DNA of 64,000 bases from Chrysomallon squamiferum (GCA_012295275.1 CM022671.1:8618001-8682000); one strand, 5' to 3'. Shown: positions 28,960 to 44,562, counted from the first letter of the stretch. Translations and numbers: made by a program. Notes: generated by a model not told the origin, from the letters alone.

Positions 28960-29609
28960 TTGAGAGAGAGAGAGAGAAATTGAAATAAACCTCCTGTAAA
29001 ATATTACGACCTATCACGAAACTTCCCTCTCTGGTAACTTTAGCTGCAGTTTATTACGACACGGGCCCCACTCCTCACTCCGCCTGATATTACCCGGCAT
29101 CTTAAACGACCTTTGAAAGAAGCGGCAGAAACCGATGGAGAAATGCACACATCTAATACGTTAATGTTGTTTGAGTGCCAAATGTGTAGCTGTGGGATAC
29201 GGTTGTTATTGCATGTAGCACCGTGAAAGAGTGTACAGATCTTATTTCACTAAACACAGTACAGAATCGTCTGAATTAACACAAATGGAGGCGCACCCGA
29301 CGTATTATTTTTTGTAGTTGTTGTTGCTGCTGCTGCTGTTGCTCTTATTGCCACTGATGGCGTTAGTTTGGTTGTTGACATCTTTATTATCCTTACAACA
29401 GTGGCATTCGTCGTTTTTGTTATTAATGCTGCTGTTGTTGTAATTAGTTTACTTTCAAAAGCTTTATCCAATACTTTTTTCATCTGTTAATGATCATCGT
29501 ATTATATAACATGTAATATATTTCTGCTGATCTGTATATATGTATAACATCACAAGTAAAAAATCGAATAAAGCATATATGTAGAACATATCGTTACATT
29601 TATACTTAC

Positions 29610-29662
<53 letters not shown>

Positions 29663-30049
29663 CACATAAATGTACAAACATACGTGCATGTATATACTAA
29701 CAAGATATATATTCTCTTCGATAAATAAATAATAAAACACTATTTTCTGTTATATTCTCTTAGAAATCATTTCTTTTATCATCATCTTTTTCTTTTTACA
29801 CATATAAAAATGTTATGTGTAAACAAAAATAGCATTATGCTGGCACGGAGAAAAGTGTGGCAATCCACACATTACTAGAACTTCGTTTTTGCTTCCTTCT
29901 GTTTTTTTGCTTGTCGTATTGATTTCAAGATTCGCCGACATAAACAAGTGTACTGTGACGTCATATTCAGATACTTCGGGGGATTAAAGTTAATCATATT
30001 TTCAAACAACAGTCCGATAAATCTATTTTATAAGGTGTATTGTAGTGTG

Positions 30050-30105
<56 letters not shown>

Positions 30106-30444
30106 TTATAAATAAATAAATTAAGGAAGTCGTACCACGGATGGAGAAATTTCTGGTTTTTTTTTATTTATTATTATTATTTTTTTGTTTATGTAGAAAT
30201 TAATATAAACCTCTCGTAAAATATTACACCAGACTACTGTAACAAATAACTTCACAATTATGCAAACTGTATTAACGTTGGCTAAAATTCTCTAATCTCC
30301 ATGGATTATCTCCCTTTAGTTTTAATTTTTTTTTAACGTCAAGTATAATAATTTATATGATTAAATTTACTACAAAAACAGATCTGTCATTAAAGACGCA
30401 AAAGAAACATTCAAAAATTAATATAATTTTCTATTTATTTCTTT

Positions 30445-30483
<39 letters not shown>

Positions 30484-30490
30484 TTAATTA

Positions 30491-30526
<36 letters not shown>

Positions 30527-32274
30527 TATATATATTCATTCATTACTAATGATCACGATAGAATAGTTCTCATGTTCCTACAAATTTATTGTCTTTTCGA
30601 GATTATTAATAACCTCCAGGATATGAAATATTTTATCTTTGTTTCCGTTTCAATGGTCAGTTTCAATCGCATACAAATAAATAAGAAAACGTTCAAATAA
30701 ATTCAAGCGAATCGATATACCAGTTTCTACATAGTTGGCGATTGGATATTTGATATATGCCCCTTTAAGAAACTGATATGCGTTATAATGAAACTTTTGT
30801 TTCATGGATTCTTTCGCTGTACATCTCATTGTAAGGTTTCAAGGAATCGTTAAATTTTTATATATATATATTATTATATATTTATAATGTTATTTTAGTT
30901 TAATATTTTAATTTCCATCATAGCTTTCTATATTAAGTCTACTTTAAAATAATAATAATAATAATAATAATAGTAGTAGTAGTAGTAATGGTGGTGGTGG
31001 TAGTAGTAGTAGTACTAAATCAGAATTATAAAGTAGTCATTCAAAAGTCAGAACGAAAAATGAAAGTTATTAATACTAAAAATGAAGTAAATAAAATAAA
31101 ATAATGAACTTTATGATTGTATATAATGCAAAGAGACAAACAAGAAACTCACGTTTATATATAGTTACACATTATATATGCTCAAAATCGAAAATGTTAT
31201 CAATGAAGTTGACGATTGGCATGCTTTTAATCAAACCTTTAACAGTATATATTAGAAGTGACAAACAAAACACAATCAAACCTTTAACAGTAATGATTGA
31301 TGATAGTAAAAGGACTGAAATTTTGCGTGTTTTAATGTCTGTGTATATTTTTCCATCGTTCTCCATCATTTCTCTGTATTTATTTTAACAATGATTTCTT
31401 TTGATAGTCACGAGTATGTATGTTTAATGTCTGTTGGATTATAAACTCATTGCTACAACCCAGGCTTTAGAAGTTTGTTCGTTTGTTTCAGTTTTCGTTA
31501 TTTCATATATTACGTATATGTTTGACCTTGGTCCAGAAAACAGATTTCCAGATCACCTTCGGTCCCAAGTTTGTGGTTTGGTACCTGTACTGTTGTCGAC
31601 GTCAACATCATCATCATGGTCATCCATATCATTGCATTTTAGTGTTTTCGTTTACAGTGCTGCCCATTGTTTGTTTTTTGTTGTTGGTTTTTCTTTGTTT
31701 TGTTTTTTCTATTACTGTTTGTTGTTTTTTGGCGGGGGAGGGGGCTTTTTGGAGGAGTAAAAGTTTTTTTTTCCAGTACCAGTTGTTACTGCTATTGATG
31801 ATGATGATGCCAGTGATCATAATGATGATGAGGATGATACTATTACTACTACTACTACTAATAAAACAGTCTGTTATTTCACTTATGTAGGTTTCGTGAG
31901 AAAGACTGTCTGTGTCACTGCATATCGATTCAAATTATCTTTACAGATATGACGTTTACTGTTCCGTACAGCTGGTGTTCAAAACAAAAAAAACTGAACA
32001 TGTATACAGCTTGGTATTCCATGCAGCAAAACCCACTTCAGTCACTGCGCTTATTGCGTTGAAAATTTTAGTTTGGTTGATCATTTATTTCAGAAGTGAT
32101 TATTTAGATGCTGAGTTCGTAAGAAGAACAATTTGTGTGAGTATACTGATTTTGTCTAATGTGTTTCGAGTGTTAAGCCGTATTATATATATGTATGTGT
32201 GTGTGCATGCATGCTTGTATATATATATATGTATCTGTATGTATGAGTGTGTGTGTGTGTGTGTATGTATGTAT

Positions 32275-32328
<54 letters not shown>

Positions 32329-35300
32329 GTATGTGTGTATTCTAACTGCACGGTTTATTCGAATTTTGACTCGTGATGTTTCTGGAAGTAATCTGAACGT
32401 AGTTTTTATACAGATCAGCAGAAACATATTATCACCGTTATAATATTACGGATCAATTTTAAAATACATGATACCGAATAACAGCACCGCTACTAGCATT
32501 ATTCTTGTTGTCATCGTCATAATCATCGTTGTTTTTATTGCTGTCACTGTTGTTGCTGCAGTGTCTCTGTGTGTGTGGTAATACTGGATTTCATATTTGT
32601 AGTTCGTCGTTTTGAAAACCTGAGCTAATATTTGATTTGGCCAAATTAATGAAAATTATTTTGCAGCTGTATTTAGCTTGTTATTTCATCGTTCAAGCTG
32701 AACATATAGACTCGATGTTCCCGCTGGTTAAAAAACAAATTTGTTAGCGACAATGAACATTACAAATAAAACTAAAACATTTATTTATATTTCTTTAAAT
32801 ATATTCATGCATATATTTCAGATAATTTTCTCATTTGTTTATATCAGTAAAAAAGTAGTTCATGTTTTATAATAATAATGTTGGCCATTATTATTGTTGT
32901 TACTATTATTATTATTATTTATTTATTTATTTATTTATTAACTAATTAATTATTTAAAATTCTATTTGCGACGGTTCTATATTAGGTGAAGTAATTTTTT
33001 GAAAACAAAAATGTGTTTAAGTACAACTAGCATATTTTTGTCTTGAATCGTATTAGATAATAAAGGTTACTTATTTACTTATATTTTAGACAATAAATTA
33101 AAGAATAAAAAAATAATTATGAAAATACAGAATAAAACAAAGGAACAAAAAAACAAATTAAAGGAAGAGAATTTTGTTTTATAAAAGTAAGAAAAATATG
33201 TATAACCACACTAATATAAACAAATACATTTTAAGGACTGTAAATAAATAATAATAATTTTCAAAATATTATTAGTAGTTATAAAACCGACTTTAAAATA
33301 CTCGGTGCTGACTGAGAAATACACTTGTGTTCTCTGTTTCTATGTGTTGTTATTAATTACAAACTCACCAGACTATCAACATCTAAACATTGTTTTGCTG
33401 CAGTGTTAAAAATGTATCAGTAAACTAAATAATAAAAAGATAATTCCTAACGTTCTTTTAATATCGCTGAATATGCACTCAAGCCTGTTTTGGTGTAAAC
33501 ATTTTTTAAGCGGTTAAAAAAAAAAAGAAAAAAAAAAGAAGAAAGAATAGAACTATATATAATTCAATATGCGTGACAACTCCGTTACTGAAGGCCAAAT
33601 TTTGTTATCAGATCAGTGAATAGATTCCATAGCGACTTTTAGTTAATATGATACCTCAAATGTCATTTGACTGACATTCCGGGTTGGTAATTTCGTAAAT
33701 TTTTGTCAGCTACCTTTGAAAACGGCTGTCCGATTATGGCAAAATACCAGATATTGCTAATACTCGTGTAAGTTAAATTCCGATAAAGACATTTAGTCAG
33801 TACGCCTTATTTAAGAATTAGCAAAACAAAATAAATAAATACAGCTGAAAAACAAGGACTTCACAATTTACAAAAGTAATCAATCTTTCCTTTTAAAAAA
33901 TAAAAATAAAATAATAATAATAATAATAACAATAAATATACTTTACTAGGTGAAAAAGGATAAAGACAAAAAAGTAAATTATTTTTCTTAGTTATTTCGT
34001 AACTAAACGAAATAACAATGAATCTGCACACATAACAAGATGAGAAATCAGTGAATACTAACGTAAACGCTCCAATAAATCATTAAAAAAACGCAACAAA
34101 TTTAAGCAAATTATTTATTTATCCTATCTCTGTGTGTCTGTAATACAATGTGTGTGTGTGTGTGTGTTTGTGTGTGAGTGGCTGTGTGTGTGTGTGTGTG
34201 TTTGTGTGTCCTGCAAATAACTCAGTCCCTATCTAGTTACATAACAATGAACAAATTAATACACAAGCGGTCACGTGGAACGCGCCCCGTTGCTTGTATT
34301 GTTAGCCCATGTGACAGTTATGACTGTAATTTAATTTGTCATCTATTGTCTGCCTGTCATGTGAAAGATGCAAGAGACAGTTCCATTTGTCCTCCACGAC
34401 AGTCGGATGAATAACTGATCTGCTTGAAACACATCTAGATCATACAGTGCAAATTAATTAACTGTTATATAACGATATTTTCAAGATATTTAGTGGGGGT
34501 TTTTTTCACGGTTTTTTCATTGCTGTGTTTTACAGTATAGGCTATTTTATTTATTTATTTATTTATTTTATTAAAGGGAAAGCTGATAAGGGTTAATTTG
34601 TTTGTTTATGTAGGCCTATGTACTTTATATTTGTAATATATGTTATAATGATGTTATTATTATCTAGCTTTATCTTTTGTCTTCTGTTTACTCCAATTCT
34701 TCTTCTTCTTCATCTTGATGTTGTCGTTGTTGTTTATTATTACTGTTGTTGTTGTTACTTGTTTTGTCATGTAATGACGGAGAATGAATGTGGGTTTTAT
34801 TGATCAAAGTTATTTATATGTTATATGATATATTCAACTTTAACATAGCTACTATTGTTCTGTGAAACAATTATCTAATTATTTATTTACACGTAAATTA
34901 GCCCTGTGTACTGCTTTTCACAAAGAACACATCTTTCCACACAAGTTTACAACTAAGTCTAATTTGTATTATCACTATCTTGTTTGGATGAGTTTTGTTC
35001 TTTAGAAAGTGTGAATCTCTTTGAATTATCTGCGTTGCTTAAAGGTCAACATCTGCTCAAACGACTCTTACATCCACTTAAACCAAGGAGCCAGGGGGGG
35101 ATAGTGGACTAATAACATAATTAATTTTCTTCTTTTTTTCATATATTATCACATACTGACGTGTTTTGGTGGGTTTTTTTACCGAATCATAATATTATTT
35201 CTGATAATGTTCCTTTGAAAAAAAAATTAAAAAATTAATAAACATTTAAACACACAAAAACAAACAAAGACAAACGCACTGACACATATCGATACACACA

Positions 35301-35361
35301 AAAATAATTATATATCACACACACAAATATAATTACGATAACACGAAAGAAAAAGAGTGTG

Positions 35362-35440
<79 letters not shown>

Positions 35441-36407
35441 GTACATATTTGTCTGTTTGTATTATATACAGAAACATGTGCGCGTGCCTTGGTACTCTTG
35501 CACTATCGTACGCGTTGAATAACAATGTTCAGACGTTTCTTGTGTGTCGCTACATTCGTTCAAAACACAGAGTAAAGACGATGTTAACATGCTAGCCATG
35601 GGTCTTGACTGGGACGTGGAATAGTTCGATGTTATGGAATTCAGTGTCATTTATTATTGCTATGTATACTATGTATATCTGTGCGTTGTATACCGAAGCA
35701 GCCATGCTTCAGATAAATACTGATTAAATTAACACAATTGTAAAAGACTGTTTGACATAAATAAATAAATAAAATGGCAATGAGATGTATTCTCTTTCAT
35801 GTATTTACGCTCGGAAATCAAAGATAGACATAATGACAAAAATCTACCTGAATAAAGAGTAAAACTGATAAAATAAAATAAATTAAATTATATAACTGTA
35901 GAAAAGAAACGAAAAAGAACAAAGTCTATCGTTTTACATCATTTTTGTGTAATATCTAAGTCGCAAATCTTCTTTATTTCATTTTTATTATTATTATTAT
36001 TTTTTTTTTTTTTTTTATTTTTTTTTTTTTTTTTTATTATTAATTTTTATTTATTTCTTCATTGCTCAAAAAAAAAACAAACAACAAAAAAAAAAAAAAA
36101 AAAAACAAAAAAAAAAAAAAAAGATAATAACATACGATTTGCTGGACTGTATGGATCCTTTAAATCCTATTATTATTATTATTATTATTATTATCATATA
36201 TTTTTTTTTTTTTTTTTTTGTAGTCATTGGCTATAAATTCGTTATTTTTTCAACAAATCTGACGCAATAATGTGCAGTTGACACTTCGTCTGGTTTTTAT
36301 TAGTTCTCTGACTCTTTTTTTTTTCTACCTTTATTTTGTGCTCTTATCCATTTCAGTTTTAACTGACCTAATAAAAACATATCCAATGACTTACTTATAA
36401 CTGCTTT

Positions 36408-36439
<32 letters not shown>

Positions 36440-36678
36440 CAACAACAAATAACAAAAAAGCAGATGTTTAAACATTGCGCCTATACGCTTAAATGTAAGT
36501 TGGACGCCATTGGGATTCGAGCTCAGATCATGCGCGATCTGTACCTTTCGCGGTAGGCATTTGACAGTGACGCATGCTCCTTGATGAAACAGAGTAGCGT
36601 TACAGCGTAATTAATACCAGAAGCTAGCAGTAGGCAGGTGAGTATCCAGGTATCTTTTGACCAGACGTACATAACAAT

Positions 36679-36709
36679 ATGGTCAGCATAGCGTACAGGA
36701 CAGCCTCGA
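36679..36709 (+). CDS. Candidate short alternative first exon C (MVSIAYRTAS)
   Basis: AATATGG start, 10 codons plus A|GTAAGT (phase 1); a second strong donor CAG|GTGAGT at 36637/36638; locally GC- and CpG-richer island. Confidence 0.35.
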
Positions 36710-38545
36710 GTAAGTTTTTAATTTTAATATTTTTTTCGTTGGCACCTGTTGGTTTATTTATGCACAAAGAACATTTAAAATGCATTAAAAGTAAATAGTT
36801 TTGAAAAAGTATGCACTCTGTAAGAATGTTCTAAATTTTTAATTTTAGCCTATTCTTTTAAATTATGAATTTATTATTATTATTTGAAATACGTTAAGTA
36901 AGATGAAAGATGTACATTTTTTATTTGTCTATTACGTTTTTAAACGTTTTTTTGTTTGTTTGTTTGTTTGTTGTTTTTTTTTTTTTTTTTTTTTTTTTTG
37001 TTCACTTCGAAAGCTACTGATGCATTTGACAAAATATCATGTAAAAGAGATTATATCGATATGTCGGCATGTTATGTTTTCTCATCAGCATTCAAATTTT
37101 GCTAAAGATTCGTAATGAACGCAGTAGTGTCCTTGCTATCAAAATTTACTCCTGCAGATATGGTATCAGTAATTTAGAGCCTCAAAAAAAAAAAAAAAAA
37201 AAAAAAAAAGAAGATTATATTTTAAAAAGAATCATATTAATGATTTTCATAAAAATTACGATTAAAATTAAAAAATTATTAATAATTATATAGCGTAAAA
37301 GTGCTTTGCTGAATATTTTCTTGAATGAACCCAAATGTTTAATAGCAAAATACGAATATTTCATTCAAACAATATTGTGAAATATATATGCAGATACTGG
37401 ACTTCGCCATTTACGTATGTTTAATCAAACACAAATAATGAATAATGCAATACATCACGTATTTATTTTCGATCATTTAAAAAAGAAAACAAAAACATCA
37501 TCGGCTTATTTTATTTATTTATTTATTTATTTACTTATCGCTTCTTATAAACATATTAACCTTGAACATTAATAACTATGTCATAAATATGCAAATGAAC
37601 TTCTTATCCTCAGCTGACCTATATTTGTTAAAACAAAGAATCTTAGATGACCTATTTCTCCAAATTACAGACAGCAGATAACTTATTTTTATTACGGTTG
37701 GAATTATCCCTTTTATTTCTTCACTGAGGTGCATCAAAACATAACTGAGGAGTTTAGAAAGGAAATATTAAATTTAATTTCCGTTGACAGCCGAGCAAGT
37801 ATTTTAGCGACGTTGTAATTGGATAATAAATATAAACGTGGAAATAATCACGCCATTTGCTGGAAAATAACCGTAAAACGTTAAGCCTATTATGTATCGG
37901 CGCTAATAAACGATACGTGCTATTTTTGAAATGGAGATTTTAATGGTCATGGATTTTTCTATCTCTTAATCCCTTGTTTTTCCTGACCTGTGTGGTAATG
38001 TGTCGAAACAAGCATGTTACTTAGAACCAGATTTAACGCAGAGTTTCAATGCTGAACATGAATTAATATGTTGTCATATTTAATCAGTAAAATAAATGTT
38101 ATTTGATCTAAAACTGCGCGTCATCGTCGTTAATATTATTTTTATTATTTTTTTTTTTTTTTTTTTTTGAATGCTATTATTAGCATTTTAATAAGTAGTC
38201 ACGTGGTCCACAATTGCACCAGTTCATATATAATATACAGACGGATAGTAGCGTAATATGACAAAAGCGCCGATATACGACTGCATAATTATGAATCGTA
38301 TTTTTGTGGACGTTTTGTTTGTTTTGTTATTTTTGTTATTTCCCTTTTCGGGAAGAGAGTGTGTGGTTGGGGTTATTTTAAATTTTGTTTTGTTAAACAG
38401 ATGTTCGGTATAAAAATACGTACCCGCCACGTGGATCTGATTCATATTTAGCATTCATGTAGGTATTCGTATCTATTCGGAAGATACCCGAATGAATCCG
38501 AATAAATACAATTTTTACCACGTTTTGTTATTTAATAAAAAAAAG

Positions 38546-39275
38546 TAATGGTGCCTTGACTTATGAGTTTAATTCGTTCCGTGACCGAGCTCGTAACTCA
38601 GTTTGCTCGTATATCAAATCAATTTTCCCAACTGAAATTAATTGAAATATCATTAATCTGTTCCAGTCCCCCCCAAAAAAACACCCATTTTTCTTTTTAA
38701 ATTGTAACGTGTTTTTAAATTAAAATAATGAATTTATAAATGACAAATATTGTATAAAAATAAAATAAAAGATAATGTAAAGAAATAAATTGGTTTTGTA
38801 AAGTGTTTTTATCTTGGATATCATACAAATTATTTTAACGCCTTTGACTGGAGTTTACAGCCTTTATCGACTCCTTCTGCTTCAGTATGGTACATATCGT
38901 AGAAGTAAGCTCACGCTGCCCAGCTAAGTCGATTATACCCACACCTCATTCATGTTTTTTTGTGATTTCATGCTTTAATTCAATGGACATCATCCGCTTC
39001 TTTTTCTCAGCAGTCACTTTCTTAGGATCCATGGTCTGAAAAAAGAAATTTGGCAAAATACTGCACAAAAGCGCGAATACAACACACAGAGATGCTCCCG
39101 CGGCAAGGCAATCACGTGAAGAAAACGACTGAGACATGGGATGCTGGGCGGATGTTGTATTGTTCGTTGCGCCAACTAGCGGCGGCGTATCTGAAGCTCG
39201 CTCGTAATTCAAAGCGGGTGCTCGTAACTCGAAAAAACTCGTAAGATGAAGCATTCGTAAGTCGAGGTACCACTG
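38546..39275 (-). mobile_element. Tigger/pogo-like DNA transposon deletion derivative
   Basis: Right TIR on minus strand TA|CAGTGGTACCTCGACTTACG; degenerate left TIR taatggtgccttgacttatg; transposase N-terminus MDPKKVTAEKKKRMMSIELKHEITKKHE*GVGIIDLA..TSTICTILKQKESIK (psq-type HTH). Confidence 0.88.
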
Positions 39276-42200
39276 TAAATATAATTATTATTTAGTAAAG
39301 CACTTTAAATTATAGTGTAGTATAGGATAACGATTTTAATACTCAGTTGAAATAGAAATATCGTTTGATCGCTTGTATTATTTCACCTTCCAAAAACAAT
39401 AGGGACAATTATTATTATTCTCATCATCATCCTCGTGTAGTAATAGTAGTTGTAGTAGTAGTAGTAGTAGTAGCAGCAGCAGCAGCAGAAGCAGCAGCAG
39501 TAAATTAAGTAAGTAAATAAACAATAGCATAAATAAATAGAAAAAAAATAAAAAAAAAAAAAAAAAAACTCATGAAAAAACAATTTAAATATATATTACT
39601 GGATCAACTGTTGTGTACACGTCTCAAGTAGGAGTAACTCGTCCGTCTTTCGTCTAGCGACAGCTTTAACGTGTTATTTTCCCTCTTCTTTTGTGAGGTA
39701 ATTTCAGTACATGAAACAGTAACCCGGAAATTTCGAGTGCCTGGCAAAAACATCTTCCGTTTCAGAAAGAAACGTTCAGTATTTCCTGTTATAATTTATA
39801 TTTGTCCACGTCTGCTGTAAAGCCTGAGGCCCGAAATACTCTCCAAGATAGGGCAGATAATATATCAACATTAATATACAAAATATATAGGTTTTTTGTT
39901 GTTGTTGTTGTTGTTTGTTTGTTTGTGTGCGTTTTTAAATATATGATCTGATGTCAATTTTTGATCTTTTATTTATCAAAAATGTATATATTTATGTGTA
40001 AATGTATATATGTATGATGTAATTGTACGTGTCTGTGTGTTTGTGTGTGTGGGTGTGTGTGGGTGTGTATGTGGGTGTGGGTGAGTGCAACACACATGTA
40101 AGGAAAGCTTGTTTATTTTATCATAGAGGCAATAAATAAATAATAAGCACAAACGTCGGAGTTACGTCTTAATTAACATCTGCCTGCTGTGTTGTTTCAA
40201 AATACTATTGAATTTGTCTTACCTAATCATGTTCTTTGTCGGTTCTTCGTTAAACACAATGATGACAAAAATGTAGTGCTTGCAAAGTAATTAAACAAAA
40301 TATGCTGGTTGTAGTAATGGCGACTACAGCTAGGCAGTAGTGGTGATAATGGGTAGTAGTCGCAATAATCATAGTGGTGGTAAAAATAGAAGTAGCATTT
40401 GTTGTTGTAACAGTAATGGTAATTTATTTAGCTAATGTCAGTAGTAATAAGTAATATTAGTAGCAGCATATGTTTGAATAGTAGTAGTAGGGATAGTAGT
40501 AGTAGTAACTTTATTAATAATGTTAGTAGAAGTAGTAATGATGGAGGCGGAGAAGGTAGTAGCTGTAGTAGTTGTGGTAGTGGTAGCAGCATAAAACATA
40601 ACAAAAGTAAAATCCCTCTAAATAAATAACTGAATCACTTTCCACAGATTCACCCCATTTGCCTGGCTAACGTTATCAGTTCTAGTGGACATTAAATAAT
40701 TTATTACCCATGGCTAGGCGTGTTTGAATTTGCTTTATCTTTACACAGTCCCTTATGCCAAAATACTAAAGTTTACATAAGCTCAGTTTTAGTATTATCT
40801 TTATCCCAAAACGAAGAAAACATTTAAAATAACCTATTTCACAAAGTTTAAAATATCAAGGATAACATGTATTAAAAGATTCGTTAACTATAATTTCCTG
40901 GATAGAACTTTTTGTTTGCAACGTTTGTGATCTGAGTGAGGTCAAACCTCGTCGTCAAAATGAAGTTGTGGTGGTGTTGTTCTCAAGGTCAGTTAAAATT
41001 ATTAGTGAAATAGTACTTCATATTCACTGTATTCTGCAATCCAGTAAAAAATTAAAAAACGAAAGGTATCAGTTCAAAGATCTCTGTTATACGATTTGAT
41101 TTAATGTCCATTATAAGATGATTTTTCTGTTTTGCTTTTAAATGTTTCAACATTTAACCTCCATTTTCAAAACTATTATTCTCAAAACTTTACATTAATT
41201 TTAAAACTGTAGTTCATATTATTTCTAAATGACAAGATAATAACTTAAACCTTGTTTCAGTTGTATTTGTGTATTTCAGAGATAATTGCTTTAACTTGCG
41301 GTCAACAATGGTAGTTTCGTAATTCCATATATGTGAAAGTCCTCAAAAAGTATAATTCAGCCTTTAGAACTGAATGTATAATACTGAATATGTTTATTAA
41401 CACAAAATATTAAATTAACTCAACCAGTGCGCATCAAAAATTTACGTTAAAAAATCAGTAACAATATTTTTTCTTTCGTTCTTTTTCATTTTCTTTTCTT
41501 TTTTTATAATAATAAAAATAAAAATAAAATCGTATTACAATTTTAGAATTAATAACAGAACTGCTGAGGCAAACATTTTATATATTCGCATATTTTGCTG
41601 ATCAGTCCATTTAAGTATGTTTGCAAATTACATGGATCAACAGGAACGATAACTCGTAACGGCACAAATTACGTCACGGTAAAAAGCCTCAAGAAATTTT
41701 GTCGATTTAATAGGTATAAACGACCCCTAAATGTTCTTTTCTGCTTAGTTCTGACAGGGGGAACATTGACAACTACAAAAGTTAATACACAATACAAAAG
41801 TTTATTATGCACGCATTTACACAAAAATAATCAAATACACAAAGGTTTGATTAAGTTGAAAAAAGTAGTTAGAAAAGGCGGGTGACATCATGGTTTGGTA
41901 ATATGAACAACCATCCTTACCTTTATCAGTGTAAATCATAAAAGGTTCTGAAAAATTGACGCAAAATAATTTAATTTGGAAGTTTAAACATTTCCGTGAG
42001 CTCACGGAAACGTCCGATCGAAATCCAAGATGGCAGAGTCGAATGCCGATTAGTGTTTACAAACTTTTAAATACATATTCCTTCATAATGCAATTAATTC
42101 TACATGGATTATTAAAAGTAATTTGGGGAAATATGTCATTTAATCAATGCCTCGTATACACATGTCTATTAATGAGTAGGAATTGCTGCAAAGATCGAAA

Positions 42201-43359
42201 CCTTTGGTTGTTCTTTTCGTAACTTTGACGTCATACCATCTCGTACACGTTTCGTATATATTTTATTCACTTATTATTACGACGACGCCAGCCAAAGCAT
42301 TAGAGGTCGTATGTACATGTAACAAGCAAACTAATCTCGTATTATTTGAATGATTGCTTTGATACATTCATAACTCTTGAATCAGTTTTACAACAGAAAA
42401 AAAAAAAAAAAAAAAAAATTAAAGGTCCATCAACCGGTCTTATAAACACTTTTTTTTTTAATTTAAAATTAAATTTTCACTTTTTTCGTTAAAATAAAAA
42501 GCTTTCAACTGCTAAAACATGTACAATTATGTATACAAACAATTAGTTTCATACTTTATTTAAAAACAAATCATTTGTCCATGCTACTGTAATGACATCA
42601 TAACCAGCCTGCTGATTGTAACTAAAAATAGCAAAATAAATATATAATATTAAAAAATTTGTAGTGAAACAGTTATACATAAATATTGTTAAGACAGGTT
42701 TAAAAGCAAGAAATATATAACAATAACTGTTATTAAAAGTGTGTGACCCATTTTACACTACTTGATGACGTCATTGTCATCGTACCAGCCATTAGGTCAC
42801 ATATTTTATCAGTTAGTTCCGAAATACATTTGGTATGAATATTATTAGTCTTTGTTGAGTTCACAAATGTTTTAGAATACTCTGGACATTTTATCTTTTT
42901 AATGCAATTTTTGTTAATATTATTATTATAATGAAGCTTGTTTTTCTTTCTAAATGAGGTCACTAGACACTAAAATTCGAGACCGCAATAGTTTACAAGC
43001 TTCTAAATAAGGAAATATAATATTTATGCTAAAGAAGATTAACAACAACAATAACAATCACTAGTAGAATTAGTAACTATAAAAAATATCGATCTTAACA
43101 TTCGGAGTCCTCAGTTTATTGGGAAATACGAAATAAAATGACGGAAGGTTGCGAACTGTTCCGAACGCAGTCTCATTTTCGATCATACGTAACACAAATG
43201 AAAGAATTCCCCCAAATAATTTATTTTAAAATAATTATATATAGAAACTGGAACTTCCACTTTAAAACCCAGATTTGTAATTATTAAACTAAGTTCCCTT
43301 CATAGAAAATAAAATGTCCAATGGTTATTATTTACAACAGTGTAGAAAATAAATCAAAA

Positions 43360-43562
43360 CAGGTAAACAAATTGACTTCGTAATTCTTCGACTAATATGT
43401 AAACAAAAGATTCAGTCACACGTGACATGGGGAGGTAATTCCGGAACGGTGACATTGACATTTCAGCTGATAGTTACGGATGAGAAGTAAAGAGCACGTA
43501 TGAAGATGGTTTACTGAATACTTAACGAATTTGTTGTCAATGGAAACTTTCTGACCGAATGT
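43360..43562 (+). promoter_or_regulatory. Candidate proximal promoter and first exon D of the SLC26 gene
   Basis: CpG-rich patch with GTAAACAA forkhead-like sites, CACGTGAC E-box (43419), CCGGAA (43441); ends ATGT|GTAAGT (phase 1) 1 kb before the common exon; CpG depletion begins just downstream. Confidence 0.5.
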
Positions 43563-44562
43563 GTAAGTTTGTTGATTTAGCTAAAAATAGATCCGAATGC
43601 CATTTTCTTATGAACTACGGTCTCTATCGCTTTTGAACTTGGCAGCAAAACCACAAAACGCGGCCTTATTCCTGACTATGAAAGCTATGCGCTGTTTAAC
43701 CTGCATGCTGTCAGTCCATGTGTTCTCACTTCGAAATGGCAGATATAAAAGGATAAAAATAATTACGGCTTATTAATATGTATTTTTTCCGTTATTGTCT
43801 TTCTTTTTTGATACCGATTCGTGGGTGGCATGTGACGTAAAGTAATATATACGAAGTTTAATAATATTCAAAATGAAGAAATTGGCAGTGTCTTATTCCT
43901 TTAATAGTTCAAAATACTGTACCTATACAGTCGGTAAGCTAATTACTAATTAGCAGACTAAATATTTTCTTGATAATTTTTTTAATCTTGTGTAATGAAC
44001 TAATTTATACAGTGAGAACAAATGGCATGGCATTTAACTTATGGATTTTGACATTTAATTTCCTGATTCCTGGTGATACATAAAATGAAAGATGCAGTTT
44101 GAACAGAAAGAATACACATTTTACATAACAGTATGATTTTTGAAGTCAAAAATATTTGTATTAATATTTAATTTAATTTTTATTTAATAGTTTGGTAACA
44201 TTACCATGAACTCTTTTTAACAGTGAAAAGGCAAACAAATGAGCTGTGTGGAGTGAAACAGAAAAGATTTATATTTACTTATATTTCAGATTTTTCTAGG
44301 TTCATGAAGCAGTTTAGTTTATTTTTGATGACAGCAATTACATGAATGATAATGTGACAGTACAGTCATGAAAACTGATTCTAATTTGTAATTCTGTTTT
44401 TGGGGGTTTTTTTCGGTGGCAAGCTCCTAAAGAAAGACACCAATACTGATTTCCATTTGTTGCTTTCAGACCGATAACAGAACTGAATTAATCTTGTACT
44501 GATAATCTTAGAAAGTGAACACAAATGATTAAGAGTTAATTCTGTTTTGTTTGTGGTTGCAG

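Noticed and set aside
32094-32137. Possible exon tttcAG...DYLDAEFVRRTIC|GTGAGT with vague similarity to the exon A/B motif
   Set aside because: Wrong phase for that frame and similarity too weak.
36500-36580. tRNA-like GAGCTCGAATCCC...TCCA on the minus strand
   Set aside because: No convincing cloverleaf or A-box; at most a SINE-like relic.
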